Assembly (NCBI GenBank): GCA_022705945.1
Contig: JAKJDL010000002.1
Coordinates: 191,150 to 255,149 of the forward strand
Direction: 5' to 3'
Length of the DNA stretch: 64,000 nucleotides
Source of the DNA: Candidatus Omnitrophota bacterium
GTDB lineage: Bacteria; Omnitrophota; Omnitrophia; Omnitrophales; Aquincolibacteriaceae
Shown: one piece after another, positions 47,172 through 57,942 of the stretch
How the letters are laid out: every line of letters begins with the position of its first letter
How positions within the stretch are numbered: the first letter of the stretch is position 1
Notes under the pieces: generated by a model
The model's input: the letters and a program-made list of their open reading frames with translations, nothing else
Told to the model about the DNA's origin: nothing
Databases searched by the model: none
Made by a program: the position numbers and the translations under genes

Positions 47172-49273
47172 TCATGCCTAATCTACTCGTTGAAATCGGA
47201 ACCGAAGAACTTCCTGTCGCGGTGCTGGATGTGATCTACGATGAGTTGGCGGTTAAGCTGCGTCAGGGGCTTGCGGACGAACGGCTTGATTTTGGCGAGC
47301 TCAAAGTTGAGGCGACACCCCGAAGGATCGCGATCTTTATCGAAAATATCGTCAAGTTCCAGAAAGACCGGGAATTTGAGATTTCAGGCCCTGCCCGGGA
47401 AAAATGCTACGATGCTGAGGGACGTGCCACCCAGGTTCTCCGGGGATTTCTCAAAAGCAAAAGCGCGACCGAAAAAGATATTGAGATCCGCCAAACCCCG
47501 AAAGGGGAATTTGTTTTTCTCCGCAAGTTTGAAAAGGGACGATCGACTGCGGCTGTTTTTCCCGAGATATTAAAAAACGTCATCATGTCGCTTGGATTCC
47601 CGAAATTCATGCGATGGGACGCCTCGGGGTTTCGTTTTCCTCGACCTGTCCGATGGTTGGTTGCGTTGATGGACGGCAAAGTGATCCCCATGCGGATTGC
47701 GGACGTCAAATCCGGTGCGAAAAGTTTCGGCCACCGGTTCCTTGCCCCTCAGGCATTCACTCTCCCGAAAGCGGATTGGAAGCTTTATAAAAACCTTCTC
47801 GAAAAGAAACATGTTTTGCTGGATCTTGCGGCCCGCGAGGATGTGATACGCGGCGCCCTGAGGAAAAGGTTTGCTCAAAAGCGTGTTGACGAGGAGCTTG
47901 TCCACATCAACGCGCATCTTACCGAAGAGCCTTTTATGCTTCAGGGAACCTTCTCCAAAGACTATCTGGATCTTCCGGCCGAGGTGCTTGCGAGCTGTAT
48001 GAAAAAGAACCAGAAGATCTTCGCGTGTTATGACGCGAAGGGCCGGCCGGTGAACAAGTTTGTTGCCGTAATGAACGGGAAACGCTCGGGGCTCGCCAAG
48101 ATCGGAGCCGATTATGAAAATGTGCTCGAATCGCGCCTTAAAGACGCCCGCTATTTTTATGACGCGGATACGAAAGAAAAACTCGAAACGAAAAAAGGCC
48201 TTTTAAGCCAGCTCGTCTACCTCGGCAAGCTGGGCTCCATGCTCGATAAAACCGAGAGGATCGAAAGGCTCGCGCCTGTTTTTGCGGAAGCGCTTGGCGA
48301 AAAGGAAATGGCCGGGGATCTCACGAGGACCGCGTGTCTTTCCAAGATCGATCTTATGACCCATCTTGTTTACGAAATGCCCGACCTTCAGGGAATCGTG
48401 GGCCGGGAATACGCGCTGGAGTCCGGTGAAAAAGAAACGGTGGCCTCTGCGATCGGGACGCAGTATCTTCCCAAGAATCTCACCGAGGATTACCGGTTGA
48501 TTCCGGATTCCATGACGTTGCTTGGAGCGGCCTTCGGAGTTATGGACCGGCTTGATCTTTTGACGGGGGCTTTCGGGACCGGAATTGAACCGAGCGGGAG
48601 CCAGGATCCGTTTGCGCTCCGGCGTTCCGGCGGGGCCATTGTGAAGCTTGTCCGCGCTTTCAGCCTTCATTTTTCCTTGAGCAGTATTATTGACGAAAAT
48701 ATAAAACTCTATGGCGACCGGTTGAATAAAAAAGAACAGTTGCGGGAACGGTTGCTTCGTTTCCTTCAGGATCGCACGGTTTTTGAAACGGGCGTCAGAC
48801 CCGGAACCCGGCCTTTTGAAATTTTGCAGGCCGTCATGCGTTCCTCATTCGACGATCTTGCTGATGTTTTTGAAAGGTTTGAGGTTTTGTCCGGTATGAA
48901 TGAGTCGGTGTTGATCAAAGCGGCCAAGGTGATTCAGCGGACCACCAATATGCTGAAAGGGTATGGGAAGGTGCCCGGGGAAATCAATCCCGGCATTTTG
49001 ACCGAGGAATACGAACACAGGCTTTATGATGCTCTTTGCTCAAAGGCACCGGAGGTCAGAAGGTTTATTGAAAACAGGGAATACGCGAAAGGGACAGAGC
49101 TCTTTGCGGCTGTGTTTCCGGGTCCGCTCCATGATTTCTTCGATCATGTTCTGGTGAATGCCGAGGACCCCGTGGTCAGGGAGAACCGGATGGCCCTGGT
49201 CCAGACCGTGAACCGCCTCTATACAGAGGGTTTGGCTGACCTTTCTTTGCTATCCAGACTTGACGAAGAGTGA
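47168..49273 (+). CDS. glyS: glycine--tRNA ligase beta subunit
   Basis: [12 protein letters not shown]-terminus and 701 aa GlyS layout; ATGA overlap with glyQ. Confidence 0.9.
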   Translation: MIMPNLLVEIGTEELPVAVLDVIYDELAVKLRQGLADERLDFGELKVEATPRRIAIFIENIVKFQKDREFEISGPAREKCYDAEGRATQVLRGFLKSKSATEKDIEIRQTPKGEFVFLRKFEKGRSTAAVFPEILKNVIMSLGFPKFMRWDASGFRFPRPVRWLVALMDGKVIPMRIADVKSGAKSFGHRFLAPQAFTLPKADWKLYKNLLEKKHVLLDLAAREDVIRGALRKRFAQKRVDEELVHINAHLTEEPFMLQGTFSKDYLDLPAEVLASCMKKNQKIFACYDAKGRPVNKFVAVMNGKRSGLAKIGADYENVLESRLKDARYFYDADTKEKLETKKGLLSQLVYLGKLGSMLDKTERIERLAPVFAEALGEKEMAGDLTRTACLSKIDLMTHLVYEMPDLQGIVGREYALESGEKETVASAIGTQYLPKNLTEDYRLIPDSMTLLGAAFGVMDRLDLLTGAFGTGIEPSGSQDPFALRRSGGAIVKLVRAFSLHFSLSSIIDENIKLYGDRLNKKEQLRERLLRFLQDRTVFETGVRPGTRPFEILQAVMRSSFDDLADVFERFEVLSGMNESVLIKAAKVIQRTTNMLKGYGKVPGEINPGILTEEYEHRLYDALCSKAPEVRRFIENREYAKGTELFAAVFPGPLHDFFDHVLVNAEDPVVRENRMALVQTVNRLYTEGLADLSLLSRLDEE

Positions 49274-49279
49274 TATAAT
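49271..49279 (+). promoter_or_regulatory. extended -10 element TGaTATAATCCC overlapping the glyS stop codon
   Basis: Identical 12-mer to the glnS promoter at 63282; would yield an about 250-nt leader/sRNA ahead of ppdK. Confidence 0.35.
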
Positions 49280-49538
49280 CCCGGTTCTTCTTGCCCTACC
49301 TGAAACCCCATGAGGGGCAGTCTGAGGGGTAGATTCGGTTTTCCGTTTTTTACCGGAAGGGCTCATCCCGAGCGAGTGAAACGGGCCGAAAATTCTTGGA
49401 ATTTTTGAAAACTGTTTAGCAAAATTAACAAAATCCGTTGCAAGGTTTGGCGGATTCAATTCGTCCCGTCGCTGTGCTTTGTTTCACAATCAGAGCATAA
49501 CGGCCAGGGACTCATATAACAAGGAGTGAAAGAAACAC

Positions 49539-52241
49539 ATGAGTACCGCTACATGTAAGAAATCCCGCAAATCCGGTTCTAAATCAAAATCCAAATCCAG
49601 ATCCAAATCTTCAAAATATGTCTATTTTTTCGGTTCAGGGAAGGCCGAAGGCGACGCCAAAATGAAAAGCCTTCTTGGCGGCAAAGGTGCGAACCTGGCC
49701 GAGATGACCAATCTCGGGATTCCTGTGCCTGCCGGGTTCACGATCACGACTGAAACCTGCGATCTCTTCTATAGAAACGAAAAAAAATGGCCGTCGGGTC
49801 TTGAGCAGCAGGTTCGTGAAAACATCGTTAAGCTCGAAAAGTCCATGGGGCTCAAATTCGGTGACCGCAATAACCCGCTCCTCGTTTCTGTTCGCTCCGG
49901 TGCCGCGGTGTCGATGCCCGGCATGATGGACACGGTCCTCAATCTTGGTCTCAACTCCGATGTGGTCCAGGGGCTTATCGTAAAAACCGAGAACGAGCGT
50001 TTCGCGTGGGACTCTTACCGCCGTTTCATCCAGATGTTCGGCGATGTCGTGATGGAAGTTCCGCACGATGATTTTGAGCATGTCCTCGAAAAGAAAAAAC
50101 AGCAGGTCGGTGCGAAAGCCGATACGGAACTCAGCGCGAACGATCTGAAGGACGTTGTCCGGCAGTATAAAAAAGTTTATCAGGATCATACGGGCGAAGA
50201 GTTTCCGCAGGACCCGTTTGAACAGCTTGTCAAGGCTGTGAACGCGGTGTTCAACTCCTGGAATTGCCCGCGCGCCCTCAAATATCGCCAGATCAATGAG
50301 ATCCGCGGTCTGCTCGGGACGGCCGTGAACGTTCAGGCGATGGTGTTCGGCAATATGGGCGAGACCTCCGGGACCGGCGTCTGTTTTACCCGTAATCCTT
50401 CGACGGGTGAGAACAAATTCTACGGCGAATACCTTATCAACGCACAAGGTGAAGACGTTGTGGCCGGTATCCGCACGCCGGAACCGATCTCGGTGTTGGC
50501 CCAGAAATGGCCCTCGGTTTACAAACAGCTTGACACGCTGCGCCTGCGTCTTGAGAAGCACTATCGCGACATGCAGGATATCGAGTTTACGATCCAGGAA
50601 GGAAAACTCTACATCCTTCAGACCCGGAGCGGAAAACGCACCGCGGCCGCCGCTGTTCGCACGGCAGTTGAGATGGTGAAGGAAAAGATGATCTCCCGGA
50701 AAGAGGCTATCCTCCGCGTGGATCCCAAACAGCTGGATCAGCTATTGCATCCGATGTTTGATCCGAAACAACAAAAAACAAAAACGCCGATCGCGACGGG
50801 TCTTCCGGCTTCTCCCGGCGCCGCGACGGGGAGAGTCGTTTTTACGGCTGATGAAGCCGAGGTATGGGCCGAGAAAGGTGAAGTAGTTATCCTCGTCCGT
50901 ATCGAAACCTCTCCGGAAGATATCGGCGGTATGAACGTCGCGAAAGGGATTTTGACCTCGCGCGGCGGTATGACATCGCACGCGGCCGTTGTTGCCCGCG
51001 GAATGGGCAAGTGCTGTGTCGCCGGTGTGAGCGGTATCGCGATCGATTACAAGGCGAAGCAGTTCACGGCCGGTAAAGTGACCGTCAAGGAAGGGGATTA
51101 TATCTCCCTCGACGGCACCCTCGGTTATGTTTACGAGGGCAAGCTCAACACCATCGAACCGACGCTCTCCGGCGATTTCGGAACGCTTATGAAGTGGGTT
51201 GATGCCGCCCGCGTTCTTAAAGTCCGCACAAACAGCGACACGCCGCTCGATGCGACCGTGGCACGGAAGTTCGGAGCCGAAGGTATCGGACTTTGCCGCA
51301 CTGAACACATGTTCTTTGAAGGGGATCGCATCATCGCGGTTCGTGAGATGATTCTGGCGGACGATACCGCCGGCCGGGAGAAGGCTCTCGCGAAGCTCCT
51401 GCCGATGCAGCGCGGGGACTTTGAGGGGATCTTTGAGGCGATGAAAGGATTTCCCGTGACGATCCGTCTTCTGGATCCGCCGCTTCATGAATTCCTCCCG
51501 CAGGAAGATGAAAATCAGCAAGAAATGGCAAAGATCATGAATGTGTCGATCGATGTGATCAAACAAAAGGTGAGCGCTCTCCATGAGTTCAATCCCATGC
51601 TTGGTCACCGCGGCTGCCGCCTCGGTATCACGTATCCCGAGATCTATGCCATGCAGGTTCGCGCCATCATGGAGGCCGCCTGCAATCTCAAGAAGAAGGG
51701 GGTCAAGGTCATTCCCGAGATCATGATCCCGCTTATCGGGACCAAGAAGGAACTCGATATCCTGAAGGACCTTTCGATCGCGACGATCAATAAGGTTTTC
51801 GACGAGAAGAAAACCAGGGTTGAATACATGATCGGGACGATGATTGAAGTTCCGCGCGCGGCTCTTACGGCGGATCGCGTTGCCGAGACTGCGGAGTTCT
51901 TTTCTTTCGGAACCAATGACCTTACCCAGATGACCCTCGGGTTTTCGCGCGATGATTCCGGGAACTTCATGGGCGCGTATCTGGAGCAGGGTATCTTCGA
52001 GAAAGATGTTTTCCAGTCCATTGATGAGGAGGGCGTCGGCTCTCTGGTTAAACTTGCGGTTGAAAAAGGCCGTAAAACAAGAAAAGATCTCAAGATCGGT
52101 ATATGCGGCGAACATGGCGGAGATCCGGATTCGGTGAATTTTTGTCACCGGGCCAAAATGAATTATGTCAGCTGTTCTCCTTACCGTGTTCCGATCGCAA
52201 GGCTTGCGGCGGCGCAGGCAGCGCTCAGGGAGAAAAAGTAG
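49539..52241 (+). CDS. ppdK: pyruvate, phosphate dikinase
   Basis: YVYFFGSG...LLGGKGANLAEM, catalytic His region (GGMTSHAAVVARGMGKCCV) and PEP-utilising C-terminal domain; unusual K/S-rich 26-aa N-terminal extension. Confidence 0.95.
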   Translation: MSTATCKKSRKSGSKSKSKSRSKSSKYVYFFGSGKAEGDAKMKSLLGGKGANLAEMTNLGIPVPAGFTITTETCDLFYRNEKKWPSGLEQQVRENIVKLEKSMGLKFGDRNNPLLVSVRSGAAVSMPGMMDTVLNLGLNSDVVQGLIVKTENERFAWDSYRRFIQMFGDVVMEVPHDDFEHVLEKKKQQVGAKADTELSANDLKDVVRQYKKVYQDHTGEEFPQDPFEQLVKAVNAVFNSWNCPRALKYRQINEIRGLLGTAVNVQAMVFGNMGETSGTGVCFTRNPSTGENKFYGEYLINAQGEDVVAGIRTPEPISVLAQKWPSVYKQLDTLRLRLEKHYRDMQDIEFTIQEGKLYILQTRSGKRTAAAAVRTAVEMVKEKMISRKEAILRVDPKQLDQLLHPMFDPKQQKTKTPIATGLPASPGAATGRVVFTADEAEVWAEKGEVVILVRIETSPEDIGGMNVAKGILTSRGGMTSHAAVVARGMGKCCVAGVSGIAIDYKAKQFTAGKVTVKEGDYISLDGTLGYVYEGKLNTIEPTLSGDFGTLMKWVDAARVLKVRTNSDTPLDATVARKFGAEGIGLCRTEHMFFEGDRIIAVREMILADDTAGREKALAKLLPMQRGDFEGIFEAMKGFPVTIRLLDPPLHEFLPQEDENQQEMAKIMNVSIDVIKQKVSALHEFNPMLGHRGCRLGITYPEIYAMQVRAIMEAACNLKKKGVKVIPEIMIPLIGTKKELDILKDLSIATINKVFDEKKTRVEYMIGTMIEVPRAALTADRVAETAEFFSFGTNDLTQMTLGFSRDDSGNFMGAYLEQGIFEKDVFQSIDEEGVGSLVKLAVEKGRKTRKDLKIGICGEHGGDPDSVNFCHRAKMNYVSCSPYRVPIARLAAAQAALREKK

Positions 52242-52366
52242 ATTCCCCGGAGGGTTTGTCCCGGTTGTTTTGAACGGTTGTTTGGCGGAACACCCGGGGC
52301 GACGCCCGCTCCAACCGCCCCGTATCGTTTGTCTCACTTGAATTTTACGGCGAAAAACGGAGCTTA

Positions 52367-53545
52367 TTGACTGCTGGCATGGCAGGAAAAAAGAAGAAAA
52401 AGAAAACAGGCTCGGTCCGCCGGGCCCAAGCGCGGAGACTCTTGAAAAAAACAAGGCGGGGGCGCACCAAGCGTTCCCGCCTTATGTCTCATCCGTCCAG
52501 GAAAAGCCGTTCATCTTTCCAACCTTCCGCAGCCTCCCGTCAAACCGAGATCCTTCTCGAGCGCGAAAAAGCGTTTCAAAAAGAAGCGGAAAGCATTGTT
52601 GAAAAAGAAGCATCCCTTGCGGATTCCGCGGAGCGCCGCAAACGGTCGCGTGTCGACGAAGATGAGGATGACGCTTCGGAGGACTCGATGGAGCAGACGC
52701 TAGACCGCACTCCGATGAAGATCTATCTCGATCAGATCGAGCATATCCCGCTGTTGACCCCCGAGGAAGAGATCTCGCTTTCCCAAAAAGTTCATGCGGG
52801 CGGTTCCGGCGGCGAAGAGGCGCGCCACCGTATGATCCGGTCGAATCTGAGGCTCGTGATCGCTATCGCGAAACGCTACACTCATATGGGACTCCCGTTC
52901 TCGGACCTTGTCGAAGAAGGTAATATCGGGCTTATGCGCGCCGTGGAAAAATTTGATCCGGCGAGAGGTTATCGGTTTTCCACTTATGCGTCCTGGTGGA
53001 TCAAGCAGGGGATGATGCGGTCGCTTTCCAATCACGGCAAAACGATTCGTATTCCGATCTACATGTATGACATTATTTCAAAATGGCGCAGGGTCCGTGA
53101 TGCTTTGACGCAGCGGCTTAACCGGGTTCCGACGCGCCGTGAAATCGCAAAGGTTCTCGAGATTCCGGTTGCGAAGGTCCGCGAGATCGAGAATATCGTG
53201 AATAAACCCAGTTCGCTTAACACGCCTATCAGCCTTGACGGGACAGCCGAGCTGATTGATCTGATCGAGGATGATGTGGCCCGCAAGCCCGACGTGCAGG
53301 TCGGGGAAGTCCTCAAGAGTGAGAGGGTTCAAAAACTTCTTGATTGTTTGGATGACCGGGAGCGCAAGATCCTGACCCTTCGTTTCGGTTTTGGCGAGCA
53401 CGATCCGCATACTCTCGAAGAGGTGGCCGGTCATTTCGGCGTGACGCGGGAAAGGATCCGTCAGCTTGAAGCCGTCGCTCTGAAAAAAATTCGGGCCAAG
53501 TTGGTTTTGGAAGGGGATCTTTTCGAGAATTATCTGGCGCATTGA
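52367..53545 (+). CDS. RNA polymerase sigma-70 family factor (RpoD-like; regions 1.2, 2, 3, 4)
   Basis: Region 2 ([54 protein letters not shown]) and region 4 HTH; TTG start with a GGAG RBS; basic N-terminal low-complexity tail. Confidence 0.85.
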   Translation: MTAGMAGKKKKKKTGSVRRAQARRLLKKTRRGRTKRSRLMSHPSRKSRSSFQPSAASRQTEILLEREKAFQKEAESIVEKEASLADSAERRKRSRVDEDEDDASEDSMEQTLDRTPMKIYLDQIEHIPLLTPEEEISLSQKVHAGGSGGEEARHRMIRSNLRLVIAIAKRYTHMGLPFSDLVEEGNIGLMRAVEKFDPARGYRFSTYASWWIKQGMMRSLSNHGKTIRIPIYMYDIISKWRRVRDALTQRLNRVPTRREIAKVLEIPVAKVREIENIVNKPSSLNTPISLDGTAELIDLIEDDVARKPDVQVGEVLKSERVQKLLDCLDDRERKILTLRFGFGEHDPHTLEEVAGHFGVTRERIRQLEAVALKKIRAKLVLEGDLFENYLAH

Positions 53546-53582
53546 GCATTTCCAAATTTTATTGCACTCCGGGAGGAATTTT

Positions 53583-54104
53583 ATGAGCATAGCTTCACTC
53601 AAAGCGAGAGTCCGCGATATCCCTGATTTCCCCAAAAAAGGTATTTTGTTCCGGGACATCACACCGCTCCTGAAAGAACCCGATGCGTTTCGCGAGATCG
53701 TGGCGCGCCTGGCGAGGGCCGTCAAACGTTCGGGGGCCGACCTTGTCGTGGGGATCGAATCCCGCGGATTTCTTTTCGGGGCTCCCGTTGCCACGAAACT
53801 GGGGATTGGTTTTGTCCCTGTTCGTAAAAAAGGAAAGCTGCCCTGGAAAACAAAACGGGTTGCGTACACGCTCGAATACGGCCGGGAGATCCTCGAGATC
53901 CATGCCGACGCAGTCAAACCCGGTCAAAAATCCGTGATCATTGACGATCTGCTTGCCACCGGAGGGACGGCGGCCGCGGCCGCCCGGCTTGTGAAAAAAC
54001 TTGGCGGGAAGGTCTCCTTGATGGCATTTGTTATCGAGCTTGAGTTTTTGAAAGGCCGAAAAAAGCTGAAAGGCTGTGAAGTCCTTTCCTTGTTGAAATA
54101 TTAG
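53583..54104 (+). CDS. apt: adenine phosphoribosyltransferase
   Basis: [16 protein letters not shown] and PRPP motif [13 protein letters not shown]; SD GGGAGGAA. Confidence 0.9.
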   Translation: MSIASLKARVRDIPDFPKKGILFRDITPLLKEPDAFREIVARLARAVKRSGADLVVGIESRGFLFGAPVATKLGIGFVPVRKKGKLPWKTKRVAYTLEYGREILEIHADAVKPGQKSVIIDDLLATGGTAAAAARLVKKLGGKVSLMAFVIELEFLKGRKKLKGCEVLSLLKY

Positions 54105-54261
54105 TGTCAAATTGCGGTATGTTGCCGTTTGAATAAAAGGCCGGAGTTCTGAAATCGCGTCTCCCAAACCTCCCGCGGGACTATCAACCTGCAGGGTCGT
54201 AGACAATCGGGACAATCCAATTTCGCTATGGTAATATGTCATCATAATCTTTTAGCCATCT

Positions 54262-54335
54262 GCCCCCATAGCTCAATTGGATAGAGCATCTCCGTCCTAA
54301 GGAGAGGGTTCCCTGTTCGATTCAGGGTGGGGGCG
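54262..54335 (+). tRNA. tRNA-Arg (anticodon CCU)
   Basis: GCCCCCA acceptor, GCTC/GAGC D-stem, TCTCC/GGAGA anticodon stem with loop GTCCTAA, CCCTG-TTCGATT-CAGGG T-arm. Confidence 0.9.
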
Positions 54336-54359
54336 TTTTACCTGTCTTGTAAGGATAGA

Positions 54360-55004
54360 ATGAACATTCGAAAACTTGCCTTCATCTCGATCCTGCTCGT
54401 GATCTTCGCGGGGGCCTCGCCCGTATCAGCTTCGGAAACGTCCGGAAAAGTTGAAGATAAGAAGCCCGATCCCCAGACGGTGGCGGAATTTGAAGCGATG
54501 AAATCCGAATGGCAGAGCATACGGGACCGGCAGATCCTGATGATCCAGGAAAAAGAAGATGAGCTTGAACGCCTGAAGGAAGAACTTTTCCGGAAAGTCC
54601 GTCAGGAGAATATTACCGGTCTTCCGGCCGCTTTAACTCCGGAAGACGAGAGCGGGGAAAAAGTTGCGGATTCCGAAAGACTTGCGTCCGCCGCCGCGGA
54701 TCCCCGGGTGATTGAATCCTTTGAACAAAAAATAGCCGATCTCAAAGAAGCGAACCGGAAACTGGCGGCGGAGATATCGGAACTCAGGGCCAAGAACCGG
54801 GAGTTTGAATCTAGGCGGGGAGGATCGGTTTCGGATCACGAGCGTGAGGAATTGCGGAAGGAAAAAGAAGCGCTTGACGCTCAAAAAGCCGCATTCCAGA
54901 AGGAGCGAAAGAAGTTTTTCGAAGAGATGGCGCGCCAGCGCGAGCGGCTCCTGGAACTCCGGGAAGATCCGGCTGGGGATGGCCCCCAAGCGCCCCACGA
55001 ATGA
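54360..55004 (+). CDS. hypothetical secreted coiled-coil protein
   Basis: Signal peptide (MNIRKLAFISILLVIFAGASPVSA), then an E/K/R-rich heptad-like sequence; the track start at 54327 overlaps tRNA-Arg. Confidence 0.5.
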   Translation: MNIRKLAFISILLVIFAGASPVSASETSGKVEDKKPDPQTVAEFEAMKSEWQSIRDRQILMIQEKEDELERLKEELFRKVRQENITGLPAALTPEDESGEKVADSERLASAAADPRVIESFEQKIADLKEANRKLAAEISELRAKNREFESRRGGSVSDHEREELRKEKEALDAQKAAFQKERKKFFEEMARQRERLLELREDPAGDGPQAPHE

Positions 55005-55007
55005 TCC

Positions 55008-55562
55008 ATGCGAAAACTTTTCATCAAACGGAAGCTCAGGCGGGAACTTTTGAATAAAAGGGCGGCAATTCCTTTTTCATCCCGCGTCAAAAAAAGCCGC
55101 CGGATCGCGGCGAAACTTCTCAAAGAACCTCTTTTGAATAAGGCTCGACGGGTGGCTTTGTACCGGGATGTCCCGCCGGAGGTTCGCGTGAGCGCTCTCT
55201 TTGGAACGATCCTAAAATCCAAGGAGCTTTTTTTGCCCTGCACGAACACCGTCAAAAAAACACTTTCGCTGAGGCGAGTCCGTTCCGTCAAAAAAGATCT
55301 TTGTCGCGGAGCATACTCGATCCCGGAACCGCGGAAGCGTTGTCCGGAACTTCCCGCATCGCAAATGGATTTGATCATCATTCCCGGAGTGGGATTTGAC
55401 CGGAAGGGGAACCGTTTGGGACGCGGGGGCGGATATTATGACCGGCTTCTCAGAAAAGCTCCGAAAGTGCCGAAGATAGGCGTTTGTTTTAAAGAGCAGT
55501 TTGTTAAAAAAATCCCGGTGTCGCGGCACGATATCCCGGTAGATCGGGTCATTACGGATTAA
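55008..55562 (+). CDS. 5-formyltetrahydrofolate cyclo-ligase
   Basis: IIIPGVGFDRKGNRLGRGGGYYDR motif. Confidence 0.85.
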   Translation: MRKLFIKRKLRRELLNKRAAIPFSSRVKKSRRIAAKLLKEPLLNKARRVALYRDVPPEVRVSALFGTILKSKELFLPCTNTVKKTLSLRRVRSVKKDLCRGAYSIPEPRKRCPELPASQMDLIIIPGVGFDRKGNRLGRGGGYYDRLLRKAPKVPKIGVCFKEQFVKKIPVSRHDIPVDRVITD

Positions 55563-55564
55563 AA

Positions 55565-56809
55565 ATGGATGATCGGGTAACGGATGGAATTATGACAGGT
55601 GAAAAGCTGAGCGGCCGGAAGATCTATACGGTAAGTGAGATCAACAAAGAGGTTCGAGGTGTTCTTGAATCCCGGTATGCCGGCGTCTGGCTTGAAGGTG
55701 AGATCTCGAACTACAAGCGACACAGCTCCGGCCACATCTATCTCACGCTGAAAGACGAACAATCCCAGATATCCGCCGTCTTTTTCAGTTTCTATCACCG
55801 CAATCTGAAATTCGAACTCGAGGACGGGATTAAGGTCCTTGCGTTCGGCCGTGTTTCCGTCTATGAGGCGCGGGGGCAATATCAATTCTATATCGAACGC
55901 GTTGAGGCCAAAGGCGCCGGAGCGCTTCAGCTTGCCTTCCAGCAGATGAAAGAAAAACTTGAAAAGGAAGGTCTCTTCCGGCCGGAACGCAAGAGGGCCA
56001 TCCCCCGGTTTCCCAAAACGGTCGGAGTGATTACGTCGTCCGCCGGGGCCGCCATCCATGATATTCTGAATGTTATAAGCAGACGGTTCGGCGGAACGAA
56101 TGTGCTTTTGTGTCCGGTCAAAGTCCAGGGCGAGGGTGCGGCCGAAGAAATAGCGGAAGGCATCCGGATGATGAATGCGCAGGGAGAGCCGGACGTTCTG
56201 ATCGTCGGCCGCGGCGGCGGGAGCATCGAGGACCTTTGGGCGTTCAATGAAGAGCCCGTTGCGCGTGCTATTTATGAATCCCGGATACCGGTAATTTCGG
56301 CCGTAGGGCATGAGACCGACTGGACGATCGCTGATTTTGTCGCGGATCTTCGCGCGCCAACTCCCTCGGCCGCGGCGGAACTCGTTGTCTCAAGCCGGCT
56401 TGAGCTCGAGGAAAAGCTAGAGGGATGGTCGGAGCGTTTGCGCGGCAGCATGGAAGGGGTTGTGGACCGATATCGTGAAAAACTTGAGGCGGTAAGGGCG
56501 AGCGCGGCTTTCAAACAACCGAGGTATCTTTTGGAGCGTTTCACGGAACGGACGGACGAGTTTATGAGAAGGATCCATGGCTCTTTCGCGAATTGGCTTG
56601 TTCTCAAAAAACAGATTTTTCGAGCGGTTGCGGGGCAGTTGAACGTTTTGAATCCCCTTGGTATTCTGGAGCGCGGTTATTCGGTCTCATTTGCCCCGTC
56701 GGGCACGGTCCTGAAAGATGCCGCGTCGGTCCGATGCGGGGAGGAGATCACGACAAGACTTCACAAGGGAAGCATCGTTTCGAGAGTCATCAAAACCGAA
56801 AAGGAATGA
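55565..56809 (+). CDS. xseA: exodeoxyribonuclease VII large subunit
   Basis: OB-fold N-terminus (YTVSEINKEVRGVLE...VWLEGEISN) and catalytic domain. Confidence 0.9.
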   Translation: MDDRVTDGIMTGEKLSGRKIYTVSEINKEVRGVLESRYAGVWLEGEISNYKRHSSGHIYLTLKDEQSQISAVFFSFYHRNLKFELEDGIKVLAFGRVSVYEARGQYQFYIERVEAKGAGALQLAFQQMKEKLEKEGLFRPERKRAIPRFPKTVGVITSSAGAAIHDILNVISRRFGGTNVLLCPVKVQGEGAAEEIAEGIRMMNAQGEPDVLIVGRGGGSIEDLWAFNEEPVARAIYESRIPVISAVGHETDWTIADFVADLRAPTPSAAAELVVSSRLELEEKLEGWSERLRGSMEGVVDRYREKLEAVRASAAFKQPRYLLERFTERTDEFMRRIHGSFANWLVLKKQIFRAVAGQLNVLNPLGILERGYSVSFAPSGTVLKDAASVRCGEEITTRLHKGSIVSRVIKTEKE

Positions 56810-56811
56810 TT

Positions 56812-57102
56812 ATGGCGGACAAAAACGAGAAACCGGATTTCGAAAAATCGATGGAAACCCTCGAGAAGATAGTCGAATCCCTCGAAGGAGGAGATCTCTC
56901 GCTTGACCAGGCCCTCAAAAAATACGAAGAAGGTGTCGGGCTTGTGCGCGTCTGTCAATCAAGGCTCGCGGAAGCCGAGAAGAAAATCGAGGTCCTGACC
57001 AAAACGCTGGACGGATCCTTTGAAAAGGCGCCTTTCGGGGATGTCAAACCTTCGGTGAAGAACAAAAAGAAGGGCGGACGGTCGGGAGACAGGGCGGCAT
57101 AA
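56812..57102 (+). CDS. xseB: exodeoxyribonuclease VII small subunit
   Basis: FEKSMETLEKIVESLEGGDLSLDQALKKYEEGVGLVRVCQSRLAEAE; ATG 2 nt after the xseA stop. Confidence 0.85.
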   Translation: MADKNEKPDFEKSMETLEKIVESLEGGDLSLDQALKKYEEGVGLVRVCQSRLAEAEKKIEVLTKTLDGSFEKAPFGDVKPSVKNKKKGGRSGDRAA

Positions 57103-57104
57103 AA

Positions 57105-57938
57105 ATGGAATACGGGATTTTTTTTAAAAAGCATCTCGGGCTGATCGAGAGGGAAATCCGGAAGCTTATGAAAAAGTGCGAGGGTCGGCCGCTTTCGATC
57201 CATCGGGCGATGCAGTATGCGGTGTTCACGGGCGGGAAACGGTTTCGGCCCGTTCTGACGCTTGCGGTTTGTGAGGCCTGTGGCGGCCGCTTAAAAGACG
57301 CTATTCCGGCGGCGTGCGCGATCGAGTTGATCCACACATATTCTTTGGTCCATGATGATCTTCCGGCACTTGATAATGACAATGAGCGGCGCGGGAAACC
57401 GTCTTGTCACAAGAAATTTGGTGAAGCGGCGGCAATCCTGGCCGGGGACGGACTTTTGACGCTCGCTTTTCAGGTGCTTGGCGGAGTGAAACCGTTTGAT
57501 CGCGCGGCCCGGCTTGTGCTTGAGGTATCGACTGCGGCCGGTGCGGGCGGCATGATCGGCGGACAGGTTGAGGATATTGAAACGGCAGAAAACAAAATCG
57601 ATCTTGCCGCCCATGATTTCATCTGTGCCGGTAAAACGGGAGCGCTGATCCGTGCCGGTGCTGTGGCCGGGGCAATCTCGGCGGGAGCATCTTCGAAAAA
57701 GATAGCCATGGCGGGACGTTACGGCGCATTGATCGGGCTGGCATTTCAGGTTGTTGACGACCTTCTGGACGGCGACGGCTACTGTCGCTTCATGCCCCGG
57801 GATAAGGCCGTCAAAAAAGCCGAGAGGTTGATCCGTGAGGCAAAGAAGACAGCCGTAAAACTCGGCCGGGAATGTCGGGGACTCGGTTATCTCGCCGATT
57901 TCTTGGGAGCGAGGATCCCGAAAAATAACCGGGAATAA
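57105..57938 (+). CDS. ispA: polyprenyl (farnesyl/geranylgeranyl) diphosphate synthase
   Basis: First and second Asp-rich motifs (LVHDDLPALDNDNERRGKP; FQVVDDLLD). Confidence 0.9.
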   Translation: MEYGIFFKKHLGLIEREIRKLMKKCEGRPLSIHRAMQYAVFTGGKRFRPVLTLAVCEACGGRLKDAIPAACAIELIHTYSLVHDDLPALDNDNERRGKPSCHKKFGEAAAILAGDGLLTLAFQVLGGVKPFDRAARLVLEVSTAAGAGGMIGGQVEDIETAENKIDLAAHDFICAGKTGALIRAGAVAGAISAGASSKKIAMAGRYGALIGLAFQVVDDLLDGDGYCRFMPRDKAVKKAERLIREAKKTAVKLGRECRGLGYLADFLGARIPKNNRE

Positions 57939-57942
57939 ATTT

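Noticed and set aside
50742-52454. 570-aa minus-strand ORF antisense to ppdK
   Set aside because: Antisense to an unambiguous PPDK; Arg/Gly/Pro-rich with no domain signature.
54327-54359. GTG start given by the track for the secreted coiled-coil protein
   Set aside because: It overlaps the 3' end of tRNA-Arg. The ATG at 54360 begins a canonical signal peptide and has an AAGGA RBS.
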